From positions 248,001 to 312,000 of the forward strand of contig NW_003314404.1 of the NCBI RefSeq assembly GCF_000143415.4: 64,000 nt of DNA, in the 5' to 3' direction. Shown here one piece after another: positions 14,937-26,849 of the stretch. The notes under the pieces are model-generated. The model was not told the origin of the DNA, searched no databases, and saw only the letters and a list, made by a program, of their open reading frames with translations. Each line of letters opens with the position of its first letter. Positions within the stretch are counted from its first letter, which is position 1. The DNA comes from Selaginella moellendorffii (Eukaryota > Plantae > Lycopodiophyta). A program made the position numbers and the translations under genes.

Positions 14937-17900
14937 TCAGACTGTTATTTTTTGCCTCCAACGCCTATACAATAATCTTGGAATTTCATCACTCTCCACA
15001 CTATCAGGATTTAAACCCAATAGTAATGCCATCTCTTCTCTAATACGTCCACGCTCATGTTCAGTGGTCGAAGAACCCATCCGGTTGAGCAGATTATGGA
15101 GATGCGGATAGTGCTTGGCTAGACAATATACATGCCATAAATGATGACTGGTGTCTGTCCGATCAAATGGCTTCTGATATACCGTTCCATCTGCCATTTG
15201 GTTGATTTCTGCAGCCACCTCCTGGACTGGCCGGTTCTCTATCACCATCGCTTCAAGCCGTTTTGCAAGGTCCCCCAGAACATACGGTTTCTTCTCCCTA
15301 GTTTCCATACTGCAAGAGATGGGGTGCACTGCATATGTGTGCGTGTTCGCTGCAGTTTTAATCGGCGAGTCATCGATGATGAGGATTTCACTTGACCTAG
15401 CAGTCCGGTTCATCACTACAGCCTCTGCCTTGACGAAGATGGGCTTGCTACCCCTCACATGGACCATAGTCAAGCAATCCTCCTGCGTTAGGAGAAAGTC
15501 AAATGGTAATATTACTCGCGTCTGATCGTGCATCATCTGTAGCAACATTAATGCATTGTGGCGCATCATGGATGTCCAAACTCCCAATTGCAAATTGAAC
15601 CCGGCCCTCTGTTTTAAGTGTCGCATGGTCATTATTAGATCCCGCAGTTTCTCCCGTGTGATTAATGTGAATCTGTCTCTTTTGACCAACTTGCGACCGC
15701 AGGCTTTGGAGGGTGCAGTGACATTCGAGGACGAGCCACGCTCATGGGAGAAAAGGACACCGTTCAGATAAAAAATGATACAGTACTTTCGCCGTGACTT
15801 TGAAATGAAATGCGTCAGCATAAAAAATGGTACAAGTCAATTTTACCATCTACATTATTAGTGAATGGTGCTCCCGATGGTCGTTCAGAGGGTTTTGGTC
15901 GAGGAAACGTGAAGGGCGGAAATACTCTCCTCTGCAATGTGGGGTCAATCGCATCTGATGGCGTGTGGGCACATGCCATTTCAGCTGTAGACTCTGGTAC
16001 AACTGGCTCAACAGTGGCATGGGGTGGTTCCGATGGCGTGTGATCACACGCCATTTCAGCTGGTGCCTCCGTTGGCAAAGTGGACATGACCGAACAGGCA
16101 GCAGGGGCGGTGTAGGGAGGTTCCAACGGCGCGTAGTCAGACGATTGGGCACACGTTGGAAATGAGGATACGACCGGCTCGGCGGCTGGGGCGGCCTCAT
16201 GCGGGTCCAATGGCGCCTGGTCACCGTCAGTTGGATACGTGGACAAGATTGACTCAGTGGTATGGGCAGCATCAAGTGGAGCGTGGTCAGCTTGCTTGGC
16301 GTTGATATGGATAGTAGCCTCCACCAGCTCTGATGACTCTTGCAGGCAAGTAGAGTCCACTGGCGGATCCATATGCATGTCCAAATATCTCCCTTCGATT
16401 GAGATGGTATCCTCCCGTGCTACTAAAAACAAACTCATTAGCACATTGAATCGACTATACTGTATTTACCATCAATTGCTATTGAGGAACTAGGACCGAT
16501 ATCACTTGGGCGCACTGCTGATTCTGAAGGATTGGACATACGTTTCGACCCTTGCTTGGCACTATCCTTCCTCGACACTAAAGGCTAGAGTTTGTATCTT
16601 AATTCAACTGAATAATCTCTACTTACCATTTCTTCTGCGACCTACATGGACAATGTTAGAAATGGTAAAAGGTTAGGAATGGATGTACTATTATTTACCT
16701 GATGGTTTGTCTTGTATGACCTTCCTCCGCTGCTCTTTGGCCACCTCAGGCTGGCCATCGTCGTCATCATCGTCATCGTCGTTATTGTGATCGTCACCAT
16801 TGTGAGGACCATCCAAGTCCTCTTCATCCTCCTCTTCTTCATCCTCCTCTTCTTCGTCCTCCTCTTCTTTGTCCTCCTCTTCGTCCTTCTGCTCTTCCTG
16901 CTCATTATCTTTCTCTGGCTCCTCATCCCCCTCTTGCATTTCTTCCATAGGCTGCTCAGGCTGGATTGCTTGTTTTTCCAGGACCATCTTGGAAAAATCA
17001 TCTGGCCGAGTCTCCATCTCAAAATACAAGACATCCATAGCCTATTTTAGTGCGTGACCTAGGACCGTATCCTCACCCGACTGTCTTAACATGGTTTCTG
17101 CACGTTCTTGCACCCTTCGAAGACGACGAGATGAGAAAAACGTGGCCCTGACTTGAAAAGCATCCCTCATCCATTGTACCTCTCCATTGAGATTGGGGAA
17201 GGGGAGTCCGCCATAGGAATCTGAGTCAGAAGGTGGTGACTGGCTCCTTTCACTCAGCCCTTGATCTGCAATGAATGGCATGAGCACACACGCCATAACC
17301 GCGAGGCATTACCTATCATCTTTTCGTTGCCCTTCTTCCTTTTCGAATCAAACGCCTCTGATCCCGACGACTGTCCAACGTGCTTTCGCTTTTTATGACC
17401 ACTGTCAGTTTGAGCTTGGCTGGTGCTTGCCTGTTTTGCCTTTGAAGGAGTGTCTCCTGCAAGGAATGGCATGAGACCACACGCCATTGCAAATATAATT
17501 TGTACCTCCTTTTTTCCTATTGCTTGTCTGTTTGTCCTTCTTCAACGCGCCACCAGTGCGCTTTTCAGTCCTCGTGTCTGAATATTCACAACGATCTATA
17601 ATCAAAATGGCGTGAGGCCTCACATGACCTTACCTTGTGCAGGTTGTGACCTCGGCCTAACATCAGTAGCTGTTAACGCCGTTTCAGCATCTGGGGGTGG
17701 CCACGCTCCTGCATACAGAGCTTGTGAGATAACATTTAAACTTAAAGTGCGTACTCACCAGGTTCGTAGAGAAGATACTGTTTTTCTTTGGCAACTGTAA
17801 TTATATGCTCCATTGAAGTCACCTCTTCAATGGAGTTTGTCACCGCAACACACGGGACACCCTTGAGTAGTGCGGCTCGAAAGAATAGTCCGCCGTAGTT

Positions 17901-20680
17901 GTACTCGACAACGCATTTGCCCTTGGAGTCACCCGCTATTGCGTTGAAGACCCAGCTGAGCATTTCCCATGCTGCACCTGGAGCTTTCTTTGGATTCGAA
18001 AGCTCCATAGCCGTCTTCAGTTCCTCAGGCACGGGTAAATTGACCTCCCTCAGATCAATTCGATCGGCTTTGTTGAACGAAGCTGGGAAGTCACTCCAGT
18101 CCCACTCTGCTGCAGGACCAATAACAAGGGCGACTGTGAAGATGCGGACATTCGTCGGTATCTTCTTCTTAGCCATTATCCCATGGATCTCCCGCATCTC
18201 CTTGCCTTTCAACCGAGCCTTCACCTCGTTCAAGGCCTTCCAGAACTTGTGATAGGATTCGGAGTCGTAGATCATATAGTGGACTGAAGATTCCACCTCC
18301 GCAAGTCCCACCATTAAGTCAATGATGGAGCTGACTTCGTCTGCATGAGTGATCTCCTCGTTTGTGAAGTCCATCACACAAAAGATGTTCTTGACCTGCT
18401 CATCTCCGCGGGAAACGATGCTCCTCCACCTTTGATCCTCATCCGAATTCACGTATACCCGGTAAGGTTCTCGATAGGCCTCTGCTGCGGGGTCGAGCTG
18501 TTTCTGAAGCCGGCAGTCAACATCCCTCTTAATGAAATTTGGATACTGATCCAACTTCTCAGCTTTACTTTTCGTGGCATCCCGCAGCAGATCGATGAAC
18601 TTGGGGGCCCCCTTCACGTACTCGTCGATGTCTTCATTTGACAAGTCCAGCTCTTCCATCATCTCTTGCGTGGTGTCGATGCTCACCCTCGCCACGGCCA
18701 CTTGCTCGAAGATCAAATCCTTCAATAGCGCACGAGCTCTCAGAGTCGTGCACAAGTCCTCGTATGTCACAATATGGCCGGGAGTCATTTTGGTCTTGTT
18801 GAAGACTACCTCACCACGTAGAAGAGCATTAGCCACTGTCAGAAGGTCGTCGTCGTCTAGAGACCGCGAGAAACGCAAGGCGTTGAGCTTCAAATCATTG
18901 GGCTTCCGGCCGTCCTCCACACCCATTGAGTTTAGCAACTCCCCGTCATGGTACCTCCTTAGCACATCTACCCATTTGTCAAAAACAACTTTTGTCGCGA
19001 GTAGAATGTTATGGATGCTGAGTGTGTCATTGACCCCCAGTGTTTTCGAGAGAAGACTCGAGAATTCCTGCAATGGAAATGGCGTGAGGCCACATGCTAT
19101 GCCACATACAACGAGGCTTACCTGCCAGGCGCTAGTTGCTAGTGCACGTCCTTGTCCTGGTTTTTGTGGCTTCTTCAGTTGAACCCAGAGCTTCCGTGTT
19201 CGTGCCAATGTCTCGTGCAGACCCGATTTGTAGCACGTTTCTTGCTTGACATTCTGCGCGTGGGAGATGTATATGATAGATCGGAGGGGCGAGTTGCCTT
19301 TTATCAGGCGGACAACTCTTGTCTTGAAGACTTTCTTCACCTCCTCGCCCACCATAATATCCACAACTATCTGTTGCATCGCCAAGCTAGAATGCTGCCC
19401 GGAGACGGCATAGAACCGGATGTTCTGATCGTCCAACACCTTCCTATTGATCAAGTCTGGAAACCTCGTCTCGCCCTTCATTGTTCGGTAGTAGGGGATC
19501 ACGTCTGCGATGTCGGGTGTTACTGGACTTGCCAGCATCTTCTGCTTCAGTTTCTCCACCCACTCATCAGATACTAGCCTGTGGTTGTATTTGCTTTGGA
19601 TGTCGATACGGCTCACGTCGATTGTATATACTTTGTTGGAATAGTAACAAGTACTATTATCTGCGACGATTTTTGCTGCCTCTTCTTGCTCTTTCTGCTC
19701 TTTGCGGCTCTTCTTTTTGGTGGGTGTAGTGTTCGAACCCGAGGCAATGGCATCACCGAGTAGCTTCTTTTTTGGAGCAGCAGAGTCGGACGTCGGCTTG
19801 AGCTTGACCACCCTTTTCTGCTTCGGGGTAGTTTCCAGATCGACCCCCTTCCCCTTCGCTTCGCAAACTGGAGGCACTCTCAACGGCTCAATGTTGGAAT
19901 ATAGTTTTTGAACATCGCCGTAGGTGAGGTCCGTGGATTCCATGTGATCTTCATAGACCCGCAGCGTCTTTGAAATTGTGGGCCTCCTGGACAACCTCTC
20001 CCTAGCTCCCTCTAGGAATTCCTCATAGCCGCTGCCCCCCTCCGGGAAGCCGCTAGGATGTGCAAGGTGGATCTTGAAGGCGGACGCTGTCTCTACCACA
20101 AGTGCTAGTCCATATTCTTGCATGGAACTGCATGGAGTGTCTGTCACTTGGATGAGGATCCCCATGCATTCTTTTCTCCCACCATCTGTGTTGTACAGCA
20201 TCAGATCCTCGCCTTCCATCCCGAAAGTCCAACTGGTGAGCTCCTCCCCCTTCTCTGCATCCACATTGACAGTGGCTGGAAGAAGAACGCAATTCCTCGC
20301 CTGTTCAGAAATGCATAACAATTAGAGCTGACAGATGAAAAGCTAGCAGCTGGAAATAACGTGAGGCCACACACCATTCACCACTGCATCAGATGTCTTG
20401 AGGCTGCATCCTAAGATGGCGTGAGGCTACACGCCATCTGTAACCGGACTGCACTCGAGAGCCCAATCGGTGCATGCCAATGTTGCTACTGAATGGCATG
20501 TGGCCTCATGCCATTTTCTACTTCGTCTAAAAGACTTACCATTTGAAGCCGAATGGAGGCTGTGACAATCGAGGCCGGACTCGCTGGCGAATGTGCACTG
20601 TGTGTGCAGCAGATCGTAGCAGCAAGGCTACTCTGCCACTTACAGTTGGAGAGTGGCGCTGAAATCTCCCGGGACGCCAA
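14937..20680 (-). pseudogene. Large multi-exon cargo gene: ParB-like domain, degenerate DNA MTase-like domain, acidic/low-complexity linker, FCP1/NIF-type HAD phosphatase-like domain
   Basis: 859-aa ORF 17742-20321 is joined by phase-1 GT-AG introns (17709-17758, 17596-17633, 17457-17505, 17266-17312) to downstream ORFs; further introns at 19068-19121 and 20301-20381; in-frame stop at about 17042 and frameshift at about 15820; C-terminal IIF(Y)LNGVL...GVWTS...LIIDDSPIK; 5' end uncertain. Confidence 0.65.
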
Positions 20681-22140
20681 GTGGGCTGCATGTGGGTGGC
20701 GGAGTGGGCGGCGGAGTTGGCGGCGAAGTTACAAACTGGGTGTGTCTTGAAGTGGACGCCGATGCACACGAGCGCGATGCGAGCGCGAGTGTGATGCAAG
20801 CGCGAGTGGACACCGATGCACACGAGAAACCTGTAGAGAAGTGAGCGTGATCGCGAGTGGGAGCGCGATGCAAGCGGGAGCGCGAGTGTGATGCGAGCGC
20901 GAGCGCGAGTATGCGAGCGCGAGTACAAAGCAAAATGCAAAACCTAACCTCACACGCGCGAAATGTCACAACGGTTGGTAATCCCGCCACGTCATCATTC
21001 CTCGGACTTGGGCGCCACCATTAATTTCTGGATTGCCGCGCGCATGCAAGCACACAAAATCCAAAAGAAATCCACAACGTCATCATTCCTCGGACTGCAT
21101 GCACGCGAAATCCAAAAGAAAGATCATGATTGGGATATCATTTAATACCCTCGCTATATTTATACCATGCATGATTGGATATTCCAAAGCATCTTGTATT
21201 TCCAAAAATGGCAGATGTTCAGCTAAATAAAGAAATTCTATCTGTTTCTATTTTTCTCTCAAATCAATATTATAGCGTGTGGGCTCATGCAATTTTGAAC
21301 CAAAGAAACCCAAAAAACGTTGGACCCAAAATATTTTGAAAAAACCCAAAAAACCCTAAACATTTTAAACCCAAAAATCCAGGCGTCCTGTGGCGTTATT
21401 CCTTCAATGGCGTGTGGGCGCATGCCATTTTCAGGGCCAAATGCTGAATGGAGAAAAATTCCCTTTCAGTGCAAATGCTGCAAGAGGCAGATGCCGAGCA
21501 CAAAGGACTGTAACTACCTCACATGACACAGATAAACTTTTCTCTATTTGGCAAAGATAAACTTTATAGCGTGTGGGCTCATGCAATTTTGAACCCAAAA
21601 AATGCACCAAAAAATTCTTGGCGTCATCTGGCATTATCTCTTGAATGGCGTGGGGCCGCATGCCATTTTCAGGGGCACATAGGAGTATATTCCTAGGATA
21701 TTCTGACACGCGCGAGATTTTTTTGAGTTTTCTGGAGATCCAACAGTTAGATTGCAACTAGATTTTACAGAATGGTATACAATGTCTTTCTTGATGACCC
21801 TGCAAAGAAGCATCTCGATCGGACACCACATGAGACCACACGAGCCTTACAATGTTTCAGGGGCATTTGCCATAGATCCGACCGTTATTTTGCTCCAAGA
21901 TTTTACAGTTTGGTGTGCATTGACCTTTCCATCGAAACTGCAAAGGGACATCACAATCAGATGCGGGATCACAAGAAACTAACTTCACTAACTCTGGTTT
22001 CACCAAGATCTACGTAAGGAGTTATGAAATGAAAGGACCCTCTCTATTGAAATGTGTTTATGGTCCTAGGGGCATTGTGACATATCAAAGGATTTTGCAT
22101 CAAGTTCTGTATTTGCATGTTTATCAAGCTACTGAATTGC

Positions 22141-22173
22141 TAAACCCTAAACCCTAAACCCTAAACCCTAAAC
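22141..22173. repeat. Interstitial plant telomere repeat (CCCTAAA)x4
   Basis: taaaccctaaaccctaaaccctaaaccctaaac. Confidence 0.9.
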
Positions 22174-23329
22174 ATGTGGCAAATGCTGCGTGAAGAAAGA
22201 TGCCCTTTCTGGGCAAATGCTGTAAGAGGCAGATGCCGAGCAGATGTATCTCAGGCTAGCGAAGGGGACGAACGAAAGCTAGCTATAAACATGACGGGAT
22301 GCAAATAGATTACTAGGCTGGTCCTACGAAAATCAAAAACCATAATTGAAAACATTGAAAATGCAAAAAGAAAGGTTTATAATATTTTTGAATTTTAGGC
22401 AACCAAAGGAATGTAAGTAGGGCATGTGTTTGTAAGTTTAAAAATGCCTCAACCACTTAAATTCCCAAGTAAATAAAGCTATTTCTATTTTTGGTACAAG
22501 TAAACTTTATAGCGTGTGGGCTCATGCAATTTTGAACCCAAAAATGCACCAAAAAATGCTGGACTAGCATTATTCTTTGAATGGCGTGTGGCCTTATGTC
22601 GAGCATTATTCTTTGAATGGCGTGTGGCCTTATATTGCCATAAATGGACGTACACACACAGCATAATTATTCCTTTACACGGCGAATAATCTTGGCGCGG
22701 ATCGCTGACATGGCATGGCAAAGTTCGAATCACTGACATGGCACAGCTGGATCGAGGCAAGGACATGATGTGACAAAGTTCAACCTCCGACAGCAAAGTC
22801 TAGAAGCTACTCAGTTTGAAATTTGTCAGAGGAATCATAAGATCTGGTTTGTCAGAGGATTTGATGTGACGTTCAAGCGTGTGTTATTTTTGAATTCTCG
22901 AACTCATTCCTAGGTCTATCATTTTTGTGCGCCGTGTTCTTGGTTCCGCTGAGCGCAGTGAGCGCTGCTTGTGTAAGCGGCGTTGTGGGCTGTGGTTTAT
23001 GCGTCTACGAGCGGTTGCGGCATTGCGAGCGCCATTGCGAGTGGCAGTTTATGCGAGTGGCAATTTGTGCGAGCGGCGCTACGAGCAGTTGCGGTGTTGC
23101 GAGCGGCGCTACGAGTAGTTGCGGTGTTGCGAGCGGCACTGTCTTTGGTGTGGCTACCGCTTCCTCTTGATATTCGGCACTTGTGCTTCCTGGTATGTTC
23201 ACCATGGAATGGCTTAGGACCACATTTAGAAATGGCATGAGGCCACATGCCATCTTGGGCCCTTGCAATTTCATGGCTAGCGTATTGTCATGTATGTTTT
23301 TACTTGCCTGCAGCTGTGTGTATATCAAG

Positions 23330-23521
23330 ATGGCATGAGGCCTCATGCCATCTTTGGCCCCTGCTAGCCTATTGCCATATTCCTTTTGCCTTACTGCAAC
23401 TGTATATATTTTTGTATGGGTGACTAGTCACGCACACAAAAATATATACAGTTGCAGCAAGGCAAAAGGAATATAGCAACAGGCTAGCAAGGGCCAAAGA
23501 TAGCGTGAAGCCTCATGCCAT
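23330..23521. repeat. 192-bp imperfect inverted repeat (hairpin) with no loop
   Basis: Arms pair around the centre TGACT|AGTCA (23425/23426); each end is a copy of the 22-bp palindrome. Confidence 0.9.
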
Positions 23522-23709
23522 TAGTGGTACCACTAATGGCATGAGGGCTCATGCCAATTTTGTGAATGCGAAATTTCACGTGGGTGTCAATAGCATGTTT
23601 GAATAATGGCATGTGGCCTCATGCTATTGAGGTTGTTTGGTATGTTATGATTTAGGCCATTCTCCAATCATTTTTTGTATGGTCTTAACTTCTTTTCTGC
23701 ACTTTCAGA

Positions 23710-26700
23710 ATGGCCTTCAGGGTTGGGGAAAAGGTTTACATTTTGAATGGTGGGAAGAGAGTTGCAAAAGGGACCCTTGTGTCTATGGATCGGAACTTTG
23801 TTATACACTGTCAAAGGCTTGGGGAAGGCAATGCTGCTGTATCAGTAGAGACTGTCTTCGATGGGAATGTGGTCGCTATTGAACGAGGAGAGATGGTCGT
23901 CGGGGTAAATGTTGTTGTTGCCTTGAAAAATCTTCAAAAGAAAGCAGATGTTGGGGACAGCGCAAGTGCAACGCATGTTCCCTCCGTGGATCTTAAGAAC
24001 CGTGCTACATGGATTCAGGCAAAAGTGTTTCTAAACAACCCCGAGGGGGAGGTGGTAGCTGAGGGCTTAGCCACAGTTGTCGATCCAAGAGATGCGGTTG
24101 CTAATCAAGAATTGGGCTGGGATGATATTGGAGTTGCGATTTTAGAGGTTGTTGACACAGAAGAAAACAGTCTGACTATTGGAAGCATTGTGTGGTGGAA
24201 ATTGAGGCACTTAGTGTTTGAGAATGTGAAGGATTCACAATCAAACACCACTACAACTGATGACAGAACATCTCTTCATGGGAAAAGAAAGTACACCTTC
24301 CTAAAGCGCAGCCAAAGGGATCTGAGCAACGAACCGAAAAGGCAAAAAATGGCGATGGAGGTTCGAATGGTCTCGACAGTTGCTTGTTGCAAGAGGAGGT
24401 GCTGTCAACATGCTGATTGGGATGCTATTGAAGAGAGAGAGCAAGATACAAGACATTGTCCTGGAAGGCAGCTCGCAATTTTGTGTATGAGGCATTACGG
24501 TCATCTGTTGATGCTTCAGAACATCAGGTGGGGGGCATGGTCTTCCAGAGGGGTTTGGTCTGCATGAAGGCATGGAGAATCATTTATGGAGTCCCTCGAA
24601 CCACATTCTACAGAATCAAAACTGAGTTCGAGGAACAAAGGGTTCAACAGGCAGTCCATGGGAACGACGGTATGCACAAAACCAGGGGTCATGTTGTATA
24701 TGGAGAGGCAATCTTCAAGAGGTTTGTCGAGACATGTAGCGAGCAGCAACCACATAAAACCCGCCTCTTGGAAGATGGAACACGAGACACCCAACGAGTT
24801 CTCCCTTCCATGTATACCAAGGGGGCCATATTGGAAGATGTGAATCGGGAACTCTAGAGTAATGGCTACAGGAAGCTGAGCCAATCTAGATTTAGTAGAT
24901 TGTGGAGCAACAGGTTCAGGGATGTGAGTATAGGAAAGTACTCCAGCTTTTCAAAGTGTGACGAGTGCACTGCTATCAAAATGGCTTTGTCGAAGAATTC
25001 TTGCAGCGCTCAAGAGCGAGAGAGTTGGTTAGAAGGCGGCTCGACCACAACATCGAGCAGAGAAGCTGCAGGACTGCATATTATCATAACAGGATTCTCT
25101 CCATGGAGAGACCTGACTCTTACCTCTGCATCATCCACGACAAAATGGACCAGAAAAAGACGTGCTTACCTCGACTCAATCTTGCCCCCAAGGCAATCTC
25201 TTCATCCATGCAGCTGCCTGTGTCTCTGTTTGGCATAATCGCTCATGGGCATGGTGCCCAGAACTATGGGAACTTCTTTGTACCTCTATGGGGTGGCGGG
25301 GGTGCAAACATGATGATTGCGTCCCTAGCAAAACACTTAAGGTCTCTGCAAAGTGCGTAGACTGAGCTGAACGGCCAACCCTTGCATAAGGCCCTTGTCG
25401 ATCGAACCCCATACAGGGTTCAGCTGGAGGAGGAGCAAAGGCTTGCAGTATCGCGTGGGGCCCCATGCCATCCCAGTGAATATGTTGGCTGTCAGATTGT
25501 AGGGTTATCACGTGAGGCCTCATGCCATTCCGACGAGGCTGGTCGCCCGGTGAATGCACAGCCTCATCCAAACGAAGCAGAATCTCAAGGAAGTTTTTGC
25601 GGCCGATGTGGCCTTCCACCCCATCTTCTGCTCCAAACAGACAATGCTGGCAGTGAGAACAAAAACATGTACGTCTTCGCGTACTTGGCGATGCTTGTTG
25701 CCAAAGGCATATTTGAAACGGTTACACTTGGCTTTCTCATGGTTGGGCACACTCATGAAGACGTCGATGCCATGTTCAGTCACCTGGCAGAGTCCCTCCG
25801 GCGATCCAATGTCCTCACCCTCCCACAACTCTACGATGAATTCCAAAATTGCATCAAAGGCACTGTTGAAGCTGCACTTCTGACAGAGGTTCCAGACTTT
25901 AAGGGGTTTGTAAGAGGCTACATCAGGGACGGATCCGAAACGCTGATTGGCCACTCCAAGCCTCTTCAGTTTCATTTCAGCATGTGTGACGGTGCTCCAG
26001 TGATGAGGTACAAGATGAGAGAATGGGACACAGTGTGGCTGCCAGTGGACGGCATTGAACTCTTCAAGAGAGATCCCATAACTGGGGAACCTATGATTCC
26101 TCAGGGTTCCCCACGGCCGATGCACCCGGATGGACTCAAAGACCAGGAAAGTATAGTGGCCGGGATTAGACAGCATATTGCCTTCTGGAAGAGGGGGTTG
26201 GTGTTTGGTGGAGAATCCTATTTTCAGAGGTGCAAGCCTTTACTCGAATACTGGGAGAAGATTATATCTGCTATCCAAAATGGGCCGGTTGTATATGAAG
26301 AATTGGAAGAGTCCTTTTGGCCAGAACCCAGAGCACTAGATAGTAGCGGAACAATGTCCTCTGGAAATGCAGTGACAGATAACGATGTTGAGGATCACTA
26401 TTATGGGCCGAGGAACAAGAAGCCGGATTCAGCATTCAATCCAGTACAGGTTTGCAAAGGAATGGTCGTGCTTGTCAGACCCAGTAATAAAAAACAAATG
26501 ATATGGGTGGGGCGCTGCATCACTAATGCAAAGGAGGACGCGGAAACTAACTCCTTCAATGTAACTGTGGAGTGGTTCAAGCCAAGTTCCGGATATACGA
26601 ACGATTGCCTAGAAAAGAGATGGGTGCTGAATCCAAGGGATCCCAGCATGAGCATATCGGTGGATAATGTTGTGCATGGTTGGATGCGGAAGCAGAGTGC

Positions 26701-26849
26701 CACCATCACCTTGCCAGACCATGCAAGAGATGCAGCAAGAGCATTCATAACCCGGGTTCAAGGTGAGATTCATTAATATTCCTTTACTAAGTTTCTAATG
26801 TATTTTATTTCAAGGTGAACAATCCGAATCTGAATCAGAGGAGGCGTGA
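23710..26849 (+). pseudogene. Sola-like (DUF7869-type) DDD transposase, disrupted
   Basis: CCKRRCC; VCMKAWRIIYGV...HGN; FSKCDEC; putative catalytic Asp in IIHDKMDQ (about 25139), LQTDNAGSENKN (about 25640) and FLMVGHTHEDVDAMFS (about 25766); frameshifts at about 24450 and about 25030, stops at 24857 and 25360; terminal intron 26763-26814. Confidence 0.8.

Noticed and set aside
20536-23346. Overlapping Ala/Arg/Ser-rich ORFs in the central region of the transposon
   Set aside because: Produced by GC-rich low-complexity repeats; no domain signal.
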